Below are positions 49,325 to 61,829 of a stretch of DNA of 64,000 nt, piece by piece. The notes under the pieces are model-generated. The model searched no databases, was not told the origin of the DNA, and was given only the letters and a program-made list of their open reading frames with translations. The translations under genes were made by a program, and so were the position numbers. Source of the DNA: Oopsacas minuta (Eukaryota; Animalia; Porifera); NCBI GenBank assembly GCA_024704765.1, contig JAKMXF010000166.1, forward strand, positions 522,743 through 586,742, given 5' to 3'. Positions within the stretch are counted from its first letter, which is position 1. Each line of letters starts with the position of its first letter.

Positions 49325-49806
49325 TTAGACTATAATTATTATTCCTTGAGTTGACTAATTCTAATTTTAATAGATTGTAAATTACTATAATTCATATATT
49401 CTAAGCTTTTATAATATATATTTTCACTGAATGGCCTAATTTTTACTAAAGTTGCATTTAATTAAGTATTCAACCTAGTTACCACTGGAAGCATAGTAAT
49501 GTGAAGACAATCCATGAAGAATGTGGTTTGTTTCAATCTAATGAATATGAATATGAATCTATGATTATTAATCAATTTAATACTAAAAATATATCCAACA
49601 TTTATATGATGTAATTGGTATGATTCCCAGTTTGCATTCTTTGTTCTGAATTCTTATCTTAGTTACCTAACATCACTTAAGGAATCCTATTCTATATTAT
49701 CAAATGTTTAATATTCTAAGATTATTCTAAAAATAGTGGTTGATTAATGTATTTAATTAGAATCTAACGTTAACCTAAGGTATCTCTTAATTTTGATATA
49801 ATTAGT

Positions 49807-50008
49807 AATAATTATTACAGATTCCTTATATATAGCTTAACTATAGTATAATACAGTTTTTTGTAATACAAAAACCCCATACCCTAATTCCAAAAAAGGT
49901 GACTTTCATTAGGCCTAACAAATGACCTTTCCTCGAACATAGAAAAGCTAATACACAAAAACTGTACTATAGTATAGTTGAGCTATCAATAAGTTCTTTG
50001 TAATTATT
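49807..50008. mobile_element. Foldback/MITE-like element with about 55-bp imperfect TIRs
   Basis: TTAC..CTTAT..ATAGCT.AACTATA.TATA.TACAGTTTTT at the left end recurs inverted at 49952-50008. Confidence 0.6.
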
Positions 50009-50841
50009 AACAACATTCGATCCAGAAATACTTACGTATAATAAGATATTATTGATTTAATATTTAATCTGGTCGATATTAGCTTACTCAGTAAAATTAC
50101 AACTACCATTACGTTGTGAGTCTAGTAACATTAGACATTTTCTGTGTGGTAATACTATACTCAATTAATTTTTATTCTTAGTCACTGTGTACTTACTACA
50201 CTGGTACACGATTTTAAACGAAGGGATGTTGTAGTCTTGTTATTTTACTATACTACATATTTCATTTCTTGTCTATATGTTACATTAAACAATAATTCAT
50301 GTTGATGGCCAGCATTTTGAGTATAACAGGTTGGGATCTAAGATAAATCCCTGATGCAAACTGGATCATAAGATCACCAAAGGACCAAAGCCGTGGAAAG
50401 CAGATTTCAGTTGCTTAGGTTCTGGTTGACCTATGCAAAATATATGGAGCCACCAAAGTTTGTCTAATTGATTATAGATTTTCTATTAGCATTCCAAATG
50501 TTGGTCCGGTTTAAACCTCACCAACCTAATCGTCTCCGATGCCAGGCGGACAGTAAAGTGTAATCGCGGAGTTCGAATTTTTCTGTGTAATTATTGTATC
50601 TCAAAATTTGAATCAAAAGGTTCGAGTTCGAATTAGTACAATGATATGTCATACTTGCCAACCATCCAGGGATCCCTGAATTATCTCGGGATTTGTTATA
50701 TGAACCAGGGAAATATTGGAAAATTTCGGTCTTTTCTAATAAATATGGAACAAATCTTATTATTTGCATAGAAAATTTGAAATCCAGGGATTTCTAGAAA
50801 ATTTCTATGTAAACAGTTGCTAGTGGTTGTTAAGTATGATA

Positions 50842-51315
50842 CAGTGGAACCCCGGAAATACAGTCACCCACGGGACCGAGAAAAATGGCCGTAATTGTGA
50901 AACTTTTTGATGCGATTGTCCAGAAGAATTATGAATTAACTCCACTTTTCGTTTGAGATCCAGCTCATTGCGTTTGCTCGATGCCATTAATAACGTATGA
51001 ATTACTGTCTCATTAATCTGCTTTGCATTTACGTGTATATGTATACAATCCAATGTATTGTTATTGAATTGTCAAGAATGTGTTTTCGTTTTCAAACATC
51101 CAATAGCGATTCCTATTGTTAAGATTGGCCGTAATTCTGAGGTTAAAATAGGGTTTCGTTCTAAAAGTATGGCCGTAATTCGGAATAGCGGAGTGGCCGG
51201 AATTCTGAAATAAATTAATGTTAATGTCTATAGTATATTAAACGGGACTTTAAACAGTGTCCGGTATATCGAGGTGGCCGCTATTCTGGGGTGGCCATTA
51301 AGCGGGGTTCCACTG
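50842..51315 (-). mobile_element. Internally deleted pogo/Tigger element, 474 bp, TA TSD
   Basis: TA|CAGTGGAACCCCG ... CGGGGTTCCACTG|TA. The minus strand retains a CENP-B/psq HTH-like start MASSKRNELDLKRKVELI. Confidence 0.85.
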
Positions 51316-51426
51316 TATGTGTAAATACTAAGTTTATACATTTGACAATTATTCTATGCTGGGATGATACAGGGTAGGTTTTATGTTTTCAAACGCAGAG
51401 CTAAATTTACTTACTAAATTTTCTAG

Positions 51427-53685
51427 ATATAAACACCGACTGGTCTCTGCCTCAAGACATTGGTTGTAAGAAAGATGGACCTGCCCAACCACTAACTCTC
51501 TTCCCTACTAAACTTGATTGTAACCAACGAAAAACAAACCGATTCCAGGCATCGTGGTATAGTAAACACCCCTGGATCACTTACAGCGAATCGCAAGACA
51601 AAGCATTTTGTTTCCACATGTATACACTTCAGCATCACAAAGTTACAGGACAGGTTTACTAAAAAGGGATTTCATAATTGGCGAGTTGCAGTTGGAGACA
51701 AAAACAAAGGGCTAGACAAGCATGCTAGGTGTGAATCCCACATTATAGCTATTATGAAATGGGAAAGCTATAAGTCTAACCCTGTCGAGATTCAGGAAAG
51801 ACTTAATCCTAATCGTCGCATGCAGGTTGAGCAAAATAGAATCTATTTCGGTAAACTTGTCAGCTATATCAGGTGGTTTTGTCTTCAGGAAGTCGCTTTT
51901 CGAGATGAGGAGGAACACGCTGTCAGATCAGTCTGTAGAGGAAACTTCAGAGAACTTCTTGAATTAGAATTCGAGCTGCATCCCGAATTCCTAGCCCAGA
52001 AGAAGTCTATTATGGAGCAGTACTCAATTTACACAGATTACCTCAGTAAGACGGTCTACGAAGAATTTATCTCAATCATGGCTGGCGAGATTAGGAAAAT
52101 TATTGCAAGAGAGATTGCTCAAACAAAGTTCTACACATTAGTGTTGGACGAAGCTAAGGATGTCAGCGGCTATGAGCAGCTTTGTTTATGTGTAAGATAT
52201 TGCTCAGGATCTGTTCCAGCTGAAAGATTAATGGGGCTCATACGTCTTTCAGAGGGTCTGTTTGATGCATGTGCTATAGTCCATGAAGCTAAAGTTCTTA
52301 TTCAATTGCTGTCTGGTTTTGGGTGTTCACTAGTGGGATTAGCAGCTGATGGTGCTTCTGTTATGTCCGGTAAATTGGCTGGAGTGCAAGCACCACTTAA
52401 GGAAGAACATCCGTGGCTTATCTACGTGCACTGTGCTGCACATAGGCTTAATTTGGTTTTAGTAAAGGCTCTCAAAAATTTGTGTCCCGCTATGATCAAT
52501 ATAGTGGACAAACTCCACTCGCAATTCAATTCAGCTAAAACGAATGACAGTTTTGAAGCCGAGCAAAAGACACTCAAGATCAGGGTGCTAAAGATTCCAT
52601 AACGATCAGAAACAAGGTGGTCATCCATGTTCCACGTACTAGATGTTATATGCTCTCGCTTTAAACCGATCATGCTCACTCTTATGAAAAGGGCAGGGGA
52701 TGACGACAACGCAGCACTAACTGCTGGCGGTCTTTACCACAAGATGGCATGTGGTGAGTTCATAATTAATTGCGTCGTTCTGAGGGAAACCCTTTCAACT
52801 ATTCACAGCCTGAGTGAATATTTACAGGGAGCATCAATTGAGTGACATCACGTTGCACACGATATTAGAGCCTGTAAGTCAATGATTAGTCAGTTTGGAA
52901 ACGAAATGTCTGTTGGTGAAATGTTAGAACAAGCAGAAGAAATCAGTACTGATTGCTGTATACCCATAAATGTGACCTCACCAGTTAACATGACAAGAAA
53001 TTCAACAGAACATGTTGATTACTTGAGCCATATACAATCATTTTCAACAAAGGTTTGCCACAAAGTCTTAGCTGAATTAGAATTACGATTTCCTGACACT
53101 GGTATGGAGCTCCTCAAAGGCCTAGATGGCCTGAATAGCACTTCACAAAAGTACTTAAAAGGAAAACACTTAGTAAATTAATTGCTCATTATGGTGACGT
53201 ATTAGACGTTAATGAGACGTTACTTAATGCAGAATTAGCAAAGTATCACATGTTTGCTAATTCTGGATCAGGTATAGTAACCATGGATCCGGCTTACTAT
53301 CCCAATCTGATGAAACTCTTTAATTTAAAGAGAAGCTTGCCTGTATCATCAGCAGAAGCAGAGAGAAGTTTCTCAACGATGAAACGGGTGAAAACCCCAC
53401 AAAAAACCGTCTTGTTGACACACGTTTATCAGACCTCTGCCTCCTAGCTTCTGAAAAAGAATTGACCAAAGCTCTCAACATGAATAGCATAATAGACATC
53501 TTCAATCTGACAGAAAGAAGGGTGCCTCTATAATTATAAATTATCTATTAATTTACAATAATAAATGCTTAGTTGATTAATTGTTGATTAATTGATAGTT
53601 AAATAACCCCGGCTCAGATTCGGCTTGCTTGTCTCGCCGCTGGGCATTGCACCCCCCCAGATATTTTGTGCTGGATCCATCACTG
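51427..53685 (+). mobile_element. Decayed hAT transposon (ZMYM1/DUF4371-type transposase); right TIR present, left end not found
   Basis: TTF finger RFQASWYSKHPWITYS..DKAFCF(fs)C; LDEAKD, ADGASVM, HCAAH, ETRW and AEAERSFS; product ends at TAA 53533. Stops at 52600 and 52843 plus frameshifts. The end CTGGATCCATCACTG is at 53685. Confidence 0.85.
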
Positions 53686-53740
53686 TTGTACATTAGACCA
53701 ATATTACCTCATTTCATACTAACTACCGATTCTTTTAAAG

Positions 53741-56301
53741 GTGAAAACGTGTGATGTATGTCAGCAGACTGCCTTATTGCCACCACAACCACAAAAGAAA
53801 TTACACCCGATTCCACCTCCTGACCATCCCTGGGTGCATATAGGCATTGACCTTGTGTGTGATCTTCCTATGACTACGGAAGGATATAAACATATATTAG
53901 TAACTGTTTGTTACCTAAGCAAATATGTTCTGGCAAGGCCCCTGAAAACGAAGACTTCAGAGGAGGTTATAACGGCGCTCCAAGATATTTACCTTGAAGT
54001 AGGAGTGCCAAAGATCGTTCAACATGATCAGGGAAAAGAATTTACCAGCAATGTGATGGTGGTGTTTACTTTATACTACATATATAGGATCAAAACGTGT
54101 TGCTTTTTAGATATTTCAAGAATTCAACCGTAATCTTCGAATTGATAACAGAAGCACCCGGGCTTACCATCAAATGGCTAATGGTTTAGTTGAGGTACAC
54201 AATAAAATTCTTAAAATGTGAGGAAATTGACTTAGTATTGAATTCGATTTGTTTGAGTTTTTAAACCAAGTTCATTTGATGTAGGAAATTGAACAAAATG
54301 GGCCGTCAGACATCAAAGGAGTGGTCAATTCTTCTTAAGTCTGCCGTATTGTCCATGAACAGTACGAAGAAGAGATCTACAGGCCAAACTCCGTTCAAAA
54401 TCATGTGGGGGAGGGAATCACAGTATGAGTTTCTTCTCCCAGTTGTTAACAACGCAAGCTCGAAACCTGAGGAAGATTTATTGAGGAGGAAGAAGTATTC
54501 GCACGTTTAGATCTAGATAATCTAGATGATTTAGATGATCCCTCCCTCGACACACTCGTGCTCGAAGAAGAGAGATTTAACATATATGATTCTGCATCTC
54601 AATCAATTGCTTCTGAACAGTTGAAGCAGAAAAGTCAATATGATAAAAAAGTGACCGGAAACAGGTGCGCTTTGCTTGTATAAATCAATATGTACATTAT
54701 CTTCCTTTTAGGAAACCCATTGTTAAAGGGGATATGTTTATGTTTACAAATATTCCCAAGATGAAGAAAATGCCAAACACCAAAAAACAGCCCAAATACT
54801 TAGTCCCACACATGGTAGAAAGGGTATCTGGGGAAAACATCATTATTCTCATGACTGTGGCTGGAAAAATCGAGAAAAATGCGTTCCTATTCATATAGTA
54901 CGCCCATACTTTGAACGCGATATAAGTCATCTGGAACGAAAGCTGAAAAGACCATCAAAACGAGATTCAGAAGATGCAGACATCAAAAGAGTGCATACAT
55001 CGGTATGACTATTCGCAATACTTACCCAAGAAACTACAAGTATTGAAATATATATATATTCTTTTAGATCGAGAAGGTTTATGGGTTTTCTTGCGAATCT
55101 TTATTGGACCATCTCAGCAGTCTAAAGGTACTAGCACAAGACATGTACCTTTTTGCGTGTATCTTAAAACATGTGGTTATAACTTTTTAGGATATTTTAG
55201 GTGTCATATCCAAAATGGTACCTATTTGACATGTGTGCACAAAGTTCTTCACGAGATGTTTCACCAAAACCACAAGTACGTGCCAAACACATTTCTCTTT
55301 ACTTTCCTGAAAGATATAAGTGAATATGATATGGTAAATATCTTTCTTATATATATATATACATCATTATTATTATTATATTTACTCGTATCTTTAGAAG
55401 AGGCAAATTCGAGAGACATTATTGTGTTGGTCACATATATTTTACCCCAAGTTTGGTGATTTGTTAGCAGCCAAATACACTGAGAGTGTACATACTCAGT
55501 CGTAAGTTTCTATTAATGTTTATGAGTTCAAGACATATTTTCTCAACTCAAAATTATTTCATTGTTCTTTTCTAAAAACACATTGAATAGGTTTTATCTC
55601 TATCATATTTTTAGACCATCGAATATCTCAATACTGTAGTTTGGGACAACATTGACAACAATAGCTCTCCTATGCCACCTGCAATTCACGACAGTCCGCG
55701 AATATCTGGAATTAACGAAGCTTGGCAACACCAAAAATGCGAGATGTTAGAACTTACTTTTCATTCTGTTAGTAAACAACCCTCACAGGTGAATCAAACT
55801 CTATCTGATTACAGACCGTGGGAAACTGCTAATATTGATAAAGACAGAAATTGTTTCTTTCGTTGTCTATCTCACATAATTACTGGAAATCAAGACAGTC
55901 ATAGCGAACTGAGAAAGCTGATAGCCCACTTCATCGCTAGCCAAGGAGCAAGCAAACTAGGATGGTATTTGAAGCACAGTGGCTATACACCATTTAGTTA
56001 TTTTCAAAAGGAGAGTATGGTAAATATGGATGGAGTATGGGGAGGAGATGTAGAGATAATGGCAGCATCCGCAATTCTCCAAGTAGACATATTTGTTGCC
56101 AACAACGAATATCGATGGGATAGCCAAGAGAAAGTAAACCAAGTTATTTCTTGGAAATTAATGAGAGCCAACGCACTGAATGAAGAAGCAATCTACGTAA
56201 AGAATTTTGATTTACATTTTGAGCCAGTAACTTCACTGGTAAACAACCCTACACCAACCTTTGGAGTCGTCGTTGACCAAATTACTCTTGATTTCGATTA
56301 G
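53741..56301 (+). mobile_element. Ginger1-type DNA transposon: spliced Gypsy-like integrase plus C-terminal OTU protease, mildly decayed
   Basis: CDVC; GIDL, HDQG and NGLVE (DDE); TGQTPF; QK.QYDKK; GPY/F-like QPKYLVPH. Introns at 54053-54110, 54218-54284 and about 54665-54711. OTU exon DKDRNCFFRCLS..VWGGDVEI..LHFEPV. No RT/RNase H. Confidence 0.8.
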
Positions 56302-56763
56302 CCTTTCTATATATGAGACTCGACTCCTTCTACGTACCGTTGTGTAGGATTTGTGTGTGTGTTTATTATATATGAACTTGATTATCGATTAGTAAATTTA
56401 TATTATTGATTCAAATAAGTTGGGGATGAAAATAACTGAAATAATGGAAAAAGAGGAGTTAGTAATATGAGTTGTTATAATACACATCTGGTAATAACTG
56501 AGATTATCATCAAGTTAAACTGAAACTAAATTAATCGCACAAATTTCTATGGATTCTAACTGCCTCAAAATATTATAGATATTGAATATCCATGGTACTA
56601 TAATACAGTGCCTCAAAATATCATACAACAGCTCAATGGCAGTGGTACAGGTTGCGGGTTGCGGGTCAGGCCAAGGATTGGGTTTATTTAAACTGCGGTC
56701 CGAGGTTACAAATTTAGGCCTGCGTGCCAATGCTGCCATCTGTATTTAGATAACATTAGTAAC

Positions 56764-59561
56764 TAGGGTTGCCAGACGTCCGGGTTTGGAGCCATTTGTC
56801 CGGAGTCCGGGAATGGAACCAATTTGTCCGGGTTTGGAGGATTTTGACTTCTCATTATTTTCAAATTATGTTCCTAGTTACTAGTTATTCGTACGTACAG
56901 GCACATGGTTCAGTATTCCTTGTCTGACAACTCAGATCTATAGTAATCTATAAATACTTGTATGGAATTGAAATATGATTTTCCAGTTTCTACTGTCTAG
57001 TAAATAATTTTTCACCCATGAATTTGGTATTACTTGGATTTATACAAATAACTGCCTCAGATCCATATAATATTTCAAATCTTGTATACTACTGTCTACT
57101 CGAGGATATCGAATATGCGGTCCCGTTTATTCCAACTCTCCCTCGCTTTGCCATCTCCCCACTTATTCTGCACCCTGAGTAAGCTAGTTTAGTTACGCAC
57201 TATGTTTGATGTGTTTGCTTTCATACAAATTATGATTTCCAAGTTTGGTCTTCTGAGACTTCAGTTTTCCTCCTAAACTAATAGACAACATCTTAATAAT
57301 ATATCTTCATTGTTTATCTAAGTATTTTAATATTGATATATATTTATCTTTAGATTTCATTTCCATACGTATTTTTGTATTCTACACTCACTATAATTTG
57401 GAAAAATTAATGAAACAAAGCCTAAAAAAGCAAGAAGAGAGTGTTCATTTAATATTCAATGGCTTACCAATCCCTCTAATAGCGGTTGGTTATTAAAGGT
57501 TAATTTCAACACTGCAAGATGTACTGTTTGTAATGTTTATTTTACTGTCAAGTATGATGGGATCAAGGCTATAACTGCACATCGCAATAGCGAAAAACAT
57601 AATACCCTAATTCAGTCAGGTATTTCTTCTTGTGCTGTGTCAAGTTTTTTTACTGCGGAAAGCAGTCCCGAGGAAGATTTGATAATATCAGCTGAGCTAA
57701 CTATGATATACCATGGAGTGATGCATCACCATAGTTATTTATCAATGGATTGTTGTATGAAGATATTACCTGGTGTATTTCCTGACTCTAAAATCGCAAA
57801 GAAGATCCACTGTGGTAGAACTAAATCCGAGGCATTAATTGCTAATGTTTTATGTCCTCACTCTATAGAAGTGGTCACTAATGAATTGAATATTCCAAAG
57901 AACATATTTTACTTAATTTCTACCGACGCCTCTAACAAAGGAAATCTAAAGCATTATCCTCTTGCTGTACGTTACTTTTCAAAATCATTTGGGACTAAAA
58001 ATCGAGTTATTGACTTTTATGTCTGCTCTGAAGAAACTTCTGATTCTATTTCTAGTAATATACTTACAAGACTTGAACATAATCAAATGAATATACAGTA
58101 TTTAGTAAGTTATGGCGCTGATAATGCAGCAGTAAATTATGGAAAACATCATTTAGTTTTTACCAATCTTAGACAACTATGCCCAAAGCTTATTTCTTCT
58201 AACTGTAACTGCCAGTTATACATAATAGCGCACGTTTTGGATGTAAGGTTTTATCCCGTGATATAGAGTTACTCGTAATAAAAATATTCAATGAGTTTTC
58301 CATATCAGCAAAAAGAGTGAAAGAGCTCAAGTCTTGCTTCGATTATGTACAAATTGAATACAAAGAGTTATTACGCCATGTTCCAACAAGATGGCTTAGC
58401 CTTCTACCCGCTTTAGACCGCTTAATATGATCATGGCCAGCTATAAAGGTCTACTTTTTACAACTTGGTGAGGATGAATGTCCAACATTTATTTGGGACT
58501 TCATTAAAGATCAAGAACATGGGTTAAATGAAGAGGATGAACTATCCATGAATGAATGTTTTCTATATTTCGTACATAGTTTTATGAATGTTTTCCAAGA
58601 ATCTATTAAGAAACTTGAAGATAGCACTACTCAATCACCTGAGGTATACAACATAATGTGCAGGTTGAGATCTAATTTCAAAGATAGACTTCGAGATGGT
58701 TTTTATGGGTTCAAAGTTAATCAGTGTTTACCTAAACTTCAAGCACGAGAGCAAGTTAGGTTTAAAGATGAAGCTAATCGTGTTTTCCAAAGGATTATTT
58801 CATACCTTGACAAGTGGTTTGATTACGAAGGGAGCATTTATAAACACATTCAAATATTGAATTTAAACAGGGAAGAAATTACTTTTGATGATCTCACTAA
58901 AATTGCTTCTCACTTCCAAATCAAGATCAATGGTGATGATATGTATAATGAATTTTGTTGGCTAAGAGAATGGAGAGTTAAACAAAGAAAAAATCTCTTA
59001 CCCATCGATGAGCAGTGGGTAGCATTTTTTTCCTATGCAAATAGTCCAAATTTATTAAGTTTGGTTGAATTTGCTCTAGCATTGCCAGTGAGCAATGCAT
59101 ATGTTGAAAGAATTTTTAGCCTAATGAAAAATCTTTGGACTGATGAAAGGAATCGATTAAGTACAGAAATGGTAAAAGCAGAACTTTGCGTCAAGTTGAA
59201 CTATTCTTTATCATGCAAAGACTTCTATAATTTTATTAGACAAGAGAAACGGTTGCTGAAAATCGCCAAATCAAGTGATAAGTATTTCTCTAAATGATAT
59301 ACAATCAATATATAGTACTTGTAACATCCATAGTTAGCAATGATATGTTTTTAATTGATCTGATATATATGATGAAACCTGCATAATCCGACACAGGTTG
59401 GGACATGAAAGTATGTGAGATTAGTAAAAGGATTATTCGGTGAAATTTCAATGTAAAAATCCTATCCCTTAAAATTTTTTGTCGAATAGGAAGCAAATCT
59501 GGTTAATATTGGAAACCAAAATTATGTCCGGGTTTGGTCTTATGAAAATCTGGCAACCCTA
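56764..59561 (+). mobile_element. Complete 2798-bp hAT element (Blackjack-like TIR) with 8-bp TSD
   Basis: TTAGTAAC|TAGGGTTGCCAGA ... TCTGGCAACCCTA|TTAGTAAC. Subterminal GTCCGGGTTTGG repeats at both ends. Confidence 0.95.
57397..59297 (+). pseudogene. hAT transposase with two lesions
   Basis: BED-like CTVC..H..H; CGRTK; STDAS, GADNAA, PTRWLS and YVERIFS; dimerisation tail. One 1-nt deletion at about 58214 and one in-frame TGA at 58428-58430. Confidence 0.85.
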
Positions 59562-59611
59562 TTAGTAACCTTACCGAACATTATTTATTATTTAGTTAGT
59601 GTTTTAATTTG

Positions 59612-59863
59612 ATGGATGGCCCAGAGGAATATGGCTGTATGAAATATTTTACAAATCTGGCCAGGTGTCAGTCTCCTGTCTCACAGTTTCATTTCTACTA
59701 CCAGCATGGCTCGGTATCAAACTGTGAGTTTGAGAAGAAGCTACTAAAAAACTGTCTAAAATCAAAAACTTCCTATGGGGAAAGGTTCAAACAACTTGAA
59801 GAAGAGAGAGAAGAACTTATCTCACAGAAAATGCCTCTTCCAGAATTTTGGACAAGTAGATAG
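59612..59863 (+). CDS. Twin-CX9C protein of the PANTS/C22orf39/EMI1 (DUF3128) family, 83 aa
   Basis: CMKYFTNLARC and CEFEKKLLKNC (two CX9C motifs) around SPVSQFHFYYQHG, with a C-terminal FW..R. Confidence 0.75.
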   Translation: MDGPEEYGCMKYFTNLARCQSPVSQFHFYYQHGSVSNCEFEKKLLKNCLKSKTSYGERFKQLEEEREELISQKMPLPEFWTSR

Positions 59864-60576
59864 TATCCAATACTTGTACTGTACTTAACATATCATTTAA
59901 TTGAGGGCTATAATGAATACTTTGTATATCGAATAGTTTTCTGAACTAACGAATTTACTTTCATAAGTAGTTAATACATTTAAACCAAAATCTGCATCTG
60001 ATCATAATTCTGATATATGTATGCGAGCTTTTTGCCTCCTGTAATAGAATTAAACGGACCTGTTGCATGAAAATGGGCTCGTAAGATTTAATCTCTCAAT
60101 AAGGGACATGAATACTGTTGATGGGTTCCTTTTCCTACACTGGTTGCATGAAGAATGAACCTCCTTATCGAAAATATCATTGTAATTCCGTTTTGCTTAC
60201 CTCATAATAAATATTTCACTTTTCCTTACTTGAGCCTGACGTTTACGCTTTTTTATTTACAATCTGAGCGGTAATTTTGCTATATTCGTCCATGGATAGC
60301 GACATTTCATTCCATACATATGTTGAATCAGGTCATTTTGAAAGGAAGTGTGCTATTTCACCTACTCGTTCATCAATTTTTATTTGTTATAAGTTAACGA
60401 ATATCTTATTTGGTTTTTAAATTTATATTTTGTGTTTATATTTGACAGAAAATTCACTATTTATAGTAATAAATAATTTATCATCAGTGTTTAATTTAGT
60501 GGGGGCGTGGGGCTGTTTTGACCTCCCCTTACATTTCCAAAACTGAAGCTGGGTGAAAAGAATTTCATCACTAGTG

Positions 60577-60752
60577 CTTGGCTACCCTAAAGAATAGCAA
60601 TATTACTTGGCTACCCTAAAGAATAGCAATATTACTTGGCTACCCTAAAGAATAGCAATATTACTTGGCTACCCTAGAGAATAGCAATATTACTTGGCTA
60701 CCCTAGAGAATAGCAATATTACTTGGCTACCCTAAAGAATAGCAATATTACT
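60577..60752. repeat. 29-bp minisatellite, 6 copies
   Basis: CTTGGCTACCCTAAAGAATAGCAATATTA x6. Copies 4 and 5 carry an A>G variant (CTAGAG). No spacers. Confidence 0.97.
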
Positions 60753-61730
60753 CTTCAGTTAATAACATATATCAAATGGTAATGAGTTGCCGAAATGACA
60801 TGAATTTCAAATTAGAAATAAGAAGTGGAATTTCCATGGATTGGTCGTACAGTAGATCCTGGTTAATCCGAACAGGGCCTAAAGTTTATAAAACCTGTTA
60901 TACATTTTCCTAATCGTATCCAATTCTACTGTGGACAAATACTAAATACGATATTACACATGTTAACACTTGACAGCCTTTTCACCGTTTGTACAACTTT
61001 CGAAAACATTTACTCCTTGTTCCTATATATCAGTGGTTCCCAACCTCCGAGTCGCCATTGCATTCCTTCGGGGTCATTTGATAGACTTATGCAACTACAG
61101 TATATAATTCTAGGAAAATGTAGGAGGTGTATTGAGCATAGCGAGGGTCCATACACGGGGCCTAGGCCCTATGTATACTATTTAGGCGCCGCAACTTCCG
61201 GCACACCCTCCAACCTTTGTCACATCGATCCCTGGATGGAGCCCAAATTTCTCATAGACTTTGTGTAAAATCCCTGGACTTCTGAAAATCTTTCTCGCTC
61301 GCTACGCTCATTAGACTAGAAATTCAATTTCTGTCATCATATACTAATCTATTCCCTGACACATTTTAGTATTATATGATCCGAATTCTAAACTATTTTG
61401 TTCGCTATGAATCAACAAAAAGATATTCATGTGTGTCATCCAACAATATAATAATAGGAAAGTATTTGTTCTGGGAATCCTGGGCGCAAAAATTATATTA
61501 AATACTATTAGAACGTGGAACTGATCCAATAATGATTAATTATTGTTTTTATGATATTAAAACACAATAGACCTGATCTAAGAATTCCCTAGACACTTTT
61601 AGTCAATCTCTTGAGGTCTGGAAAAAGTGTGAGATTTGTGGACGGTTGGCAGGTATGACTGGACTTCTGGGCTTCTACTAGTTGAAGGGTATTTGATACA
61701 TAATTTCTTCATTAAATTGTTGTGCCCATA

Positions 61731-61829
61731 CAGTGGTGGTCCCAGGGTGGGGCAAACGGGGCATTTGCCCCGGGTTTAAATCTTGTCCTCGGCCTTGCCC
61801 TGGTATGCAAAATCCTGGGACCGCCCCTG
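61731..61829. mobile_element. 99-bp hAT-like MITE
   Basis: CAGTGGTGGTCCCAGG ... CCTGGGACCGCCCCTG (14/16 inverted match). TSD not preserved. Confidence 0.6.

Noticed and set aside
54974-55459. 161-aa ORF inside the Ginger element
   Set aside because: It reads through AT-rich intron-like sequence out of frame with the plausible exons and has a low-information hydrophobic composition.
56515-56739. 74-aa minus-strand ORF next to the hAT insertion
   Set aside because: No family recognised, and it contains repeated ATATTTTGAGGCA and GCGGGTT motifs suggestive of TE remnants. It cannot be fully excluded without RNA-seq.
60577-60752. CRISPR array
   Set aside because: The 29-bp units are directly adjacent with no unique spacers, there are no cas genes, and the context is eukaryotic.
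50650-61657. One 11-kb hAT capturing the PANTS-like gene (CATACTTGCCAACC ... GGTTGGCAGGTATG face each other)
   Set aside because: The flanking 8-mers differ (TGATATGT vs ACTGGACT), so there is no TSD. These are more simply two independent MITE ends.
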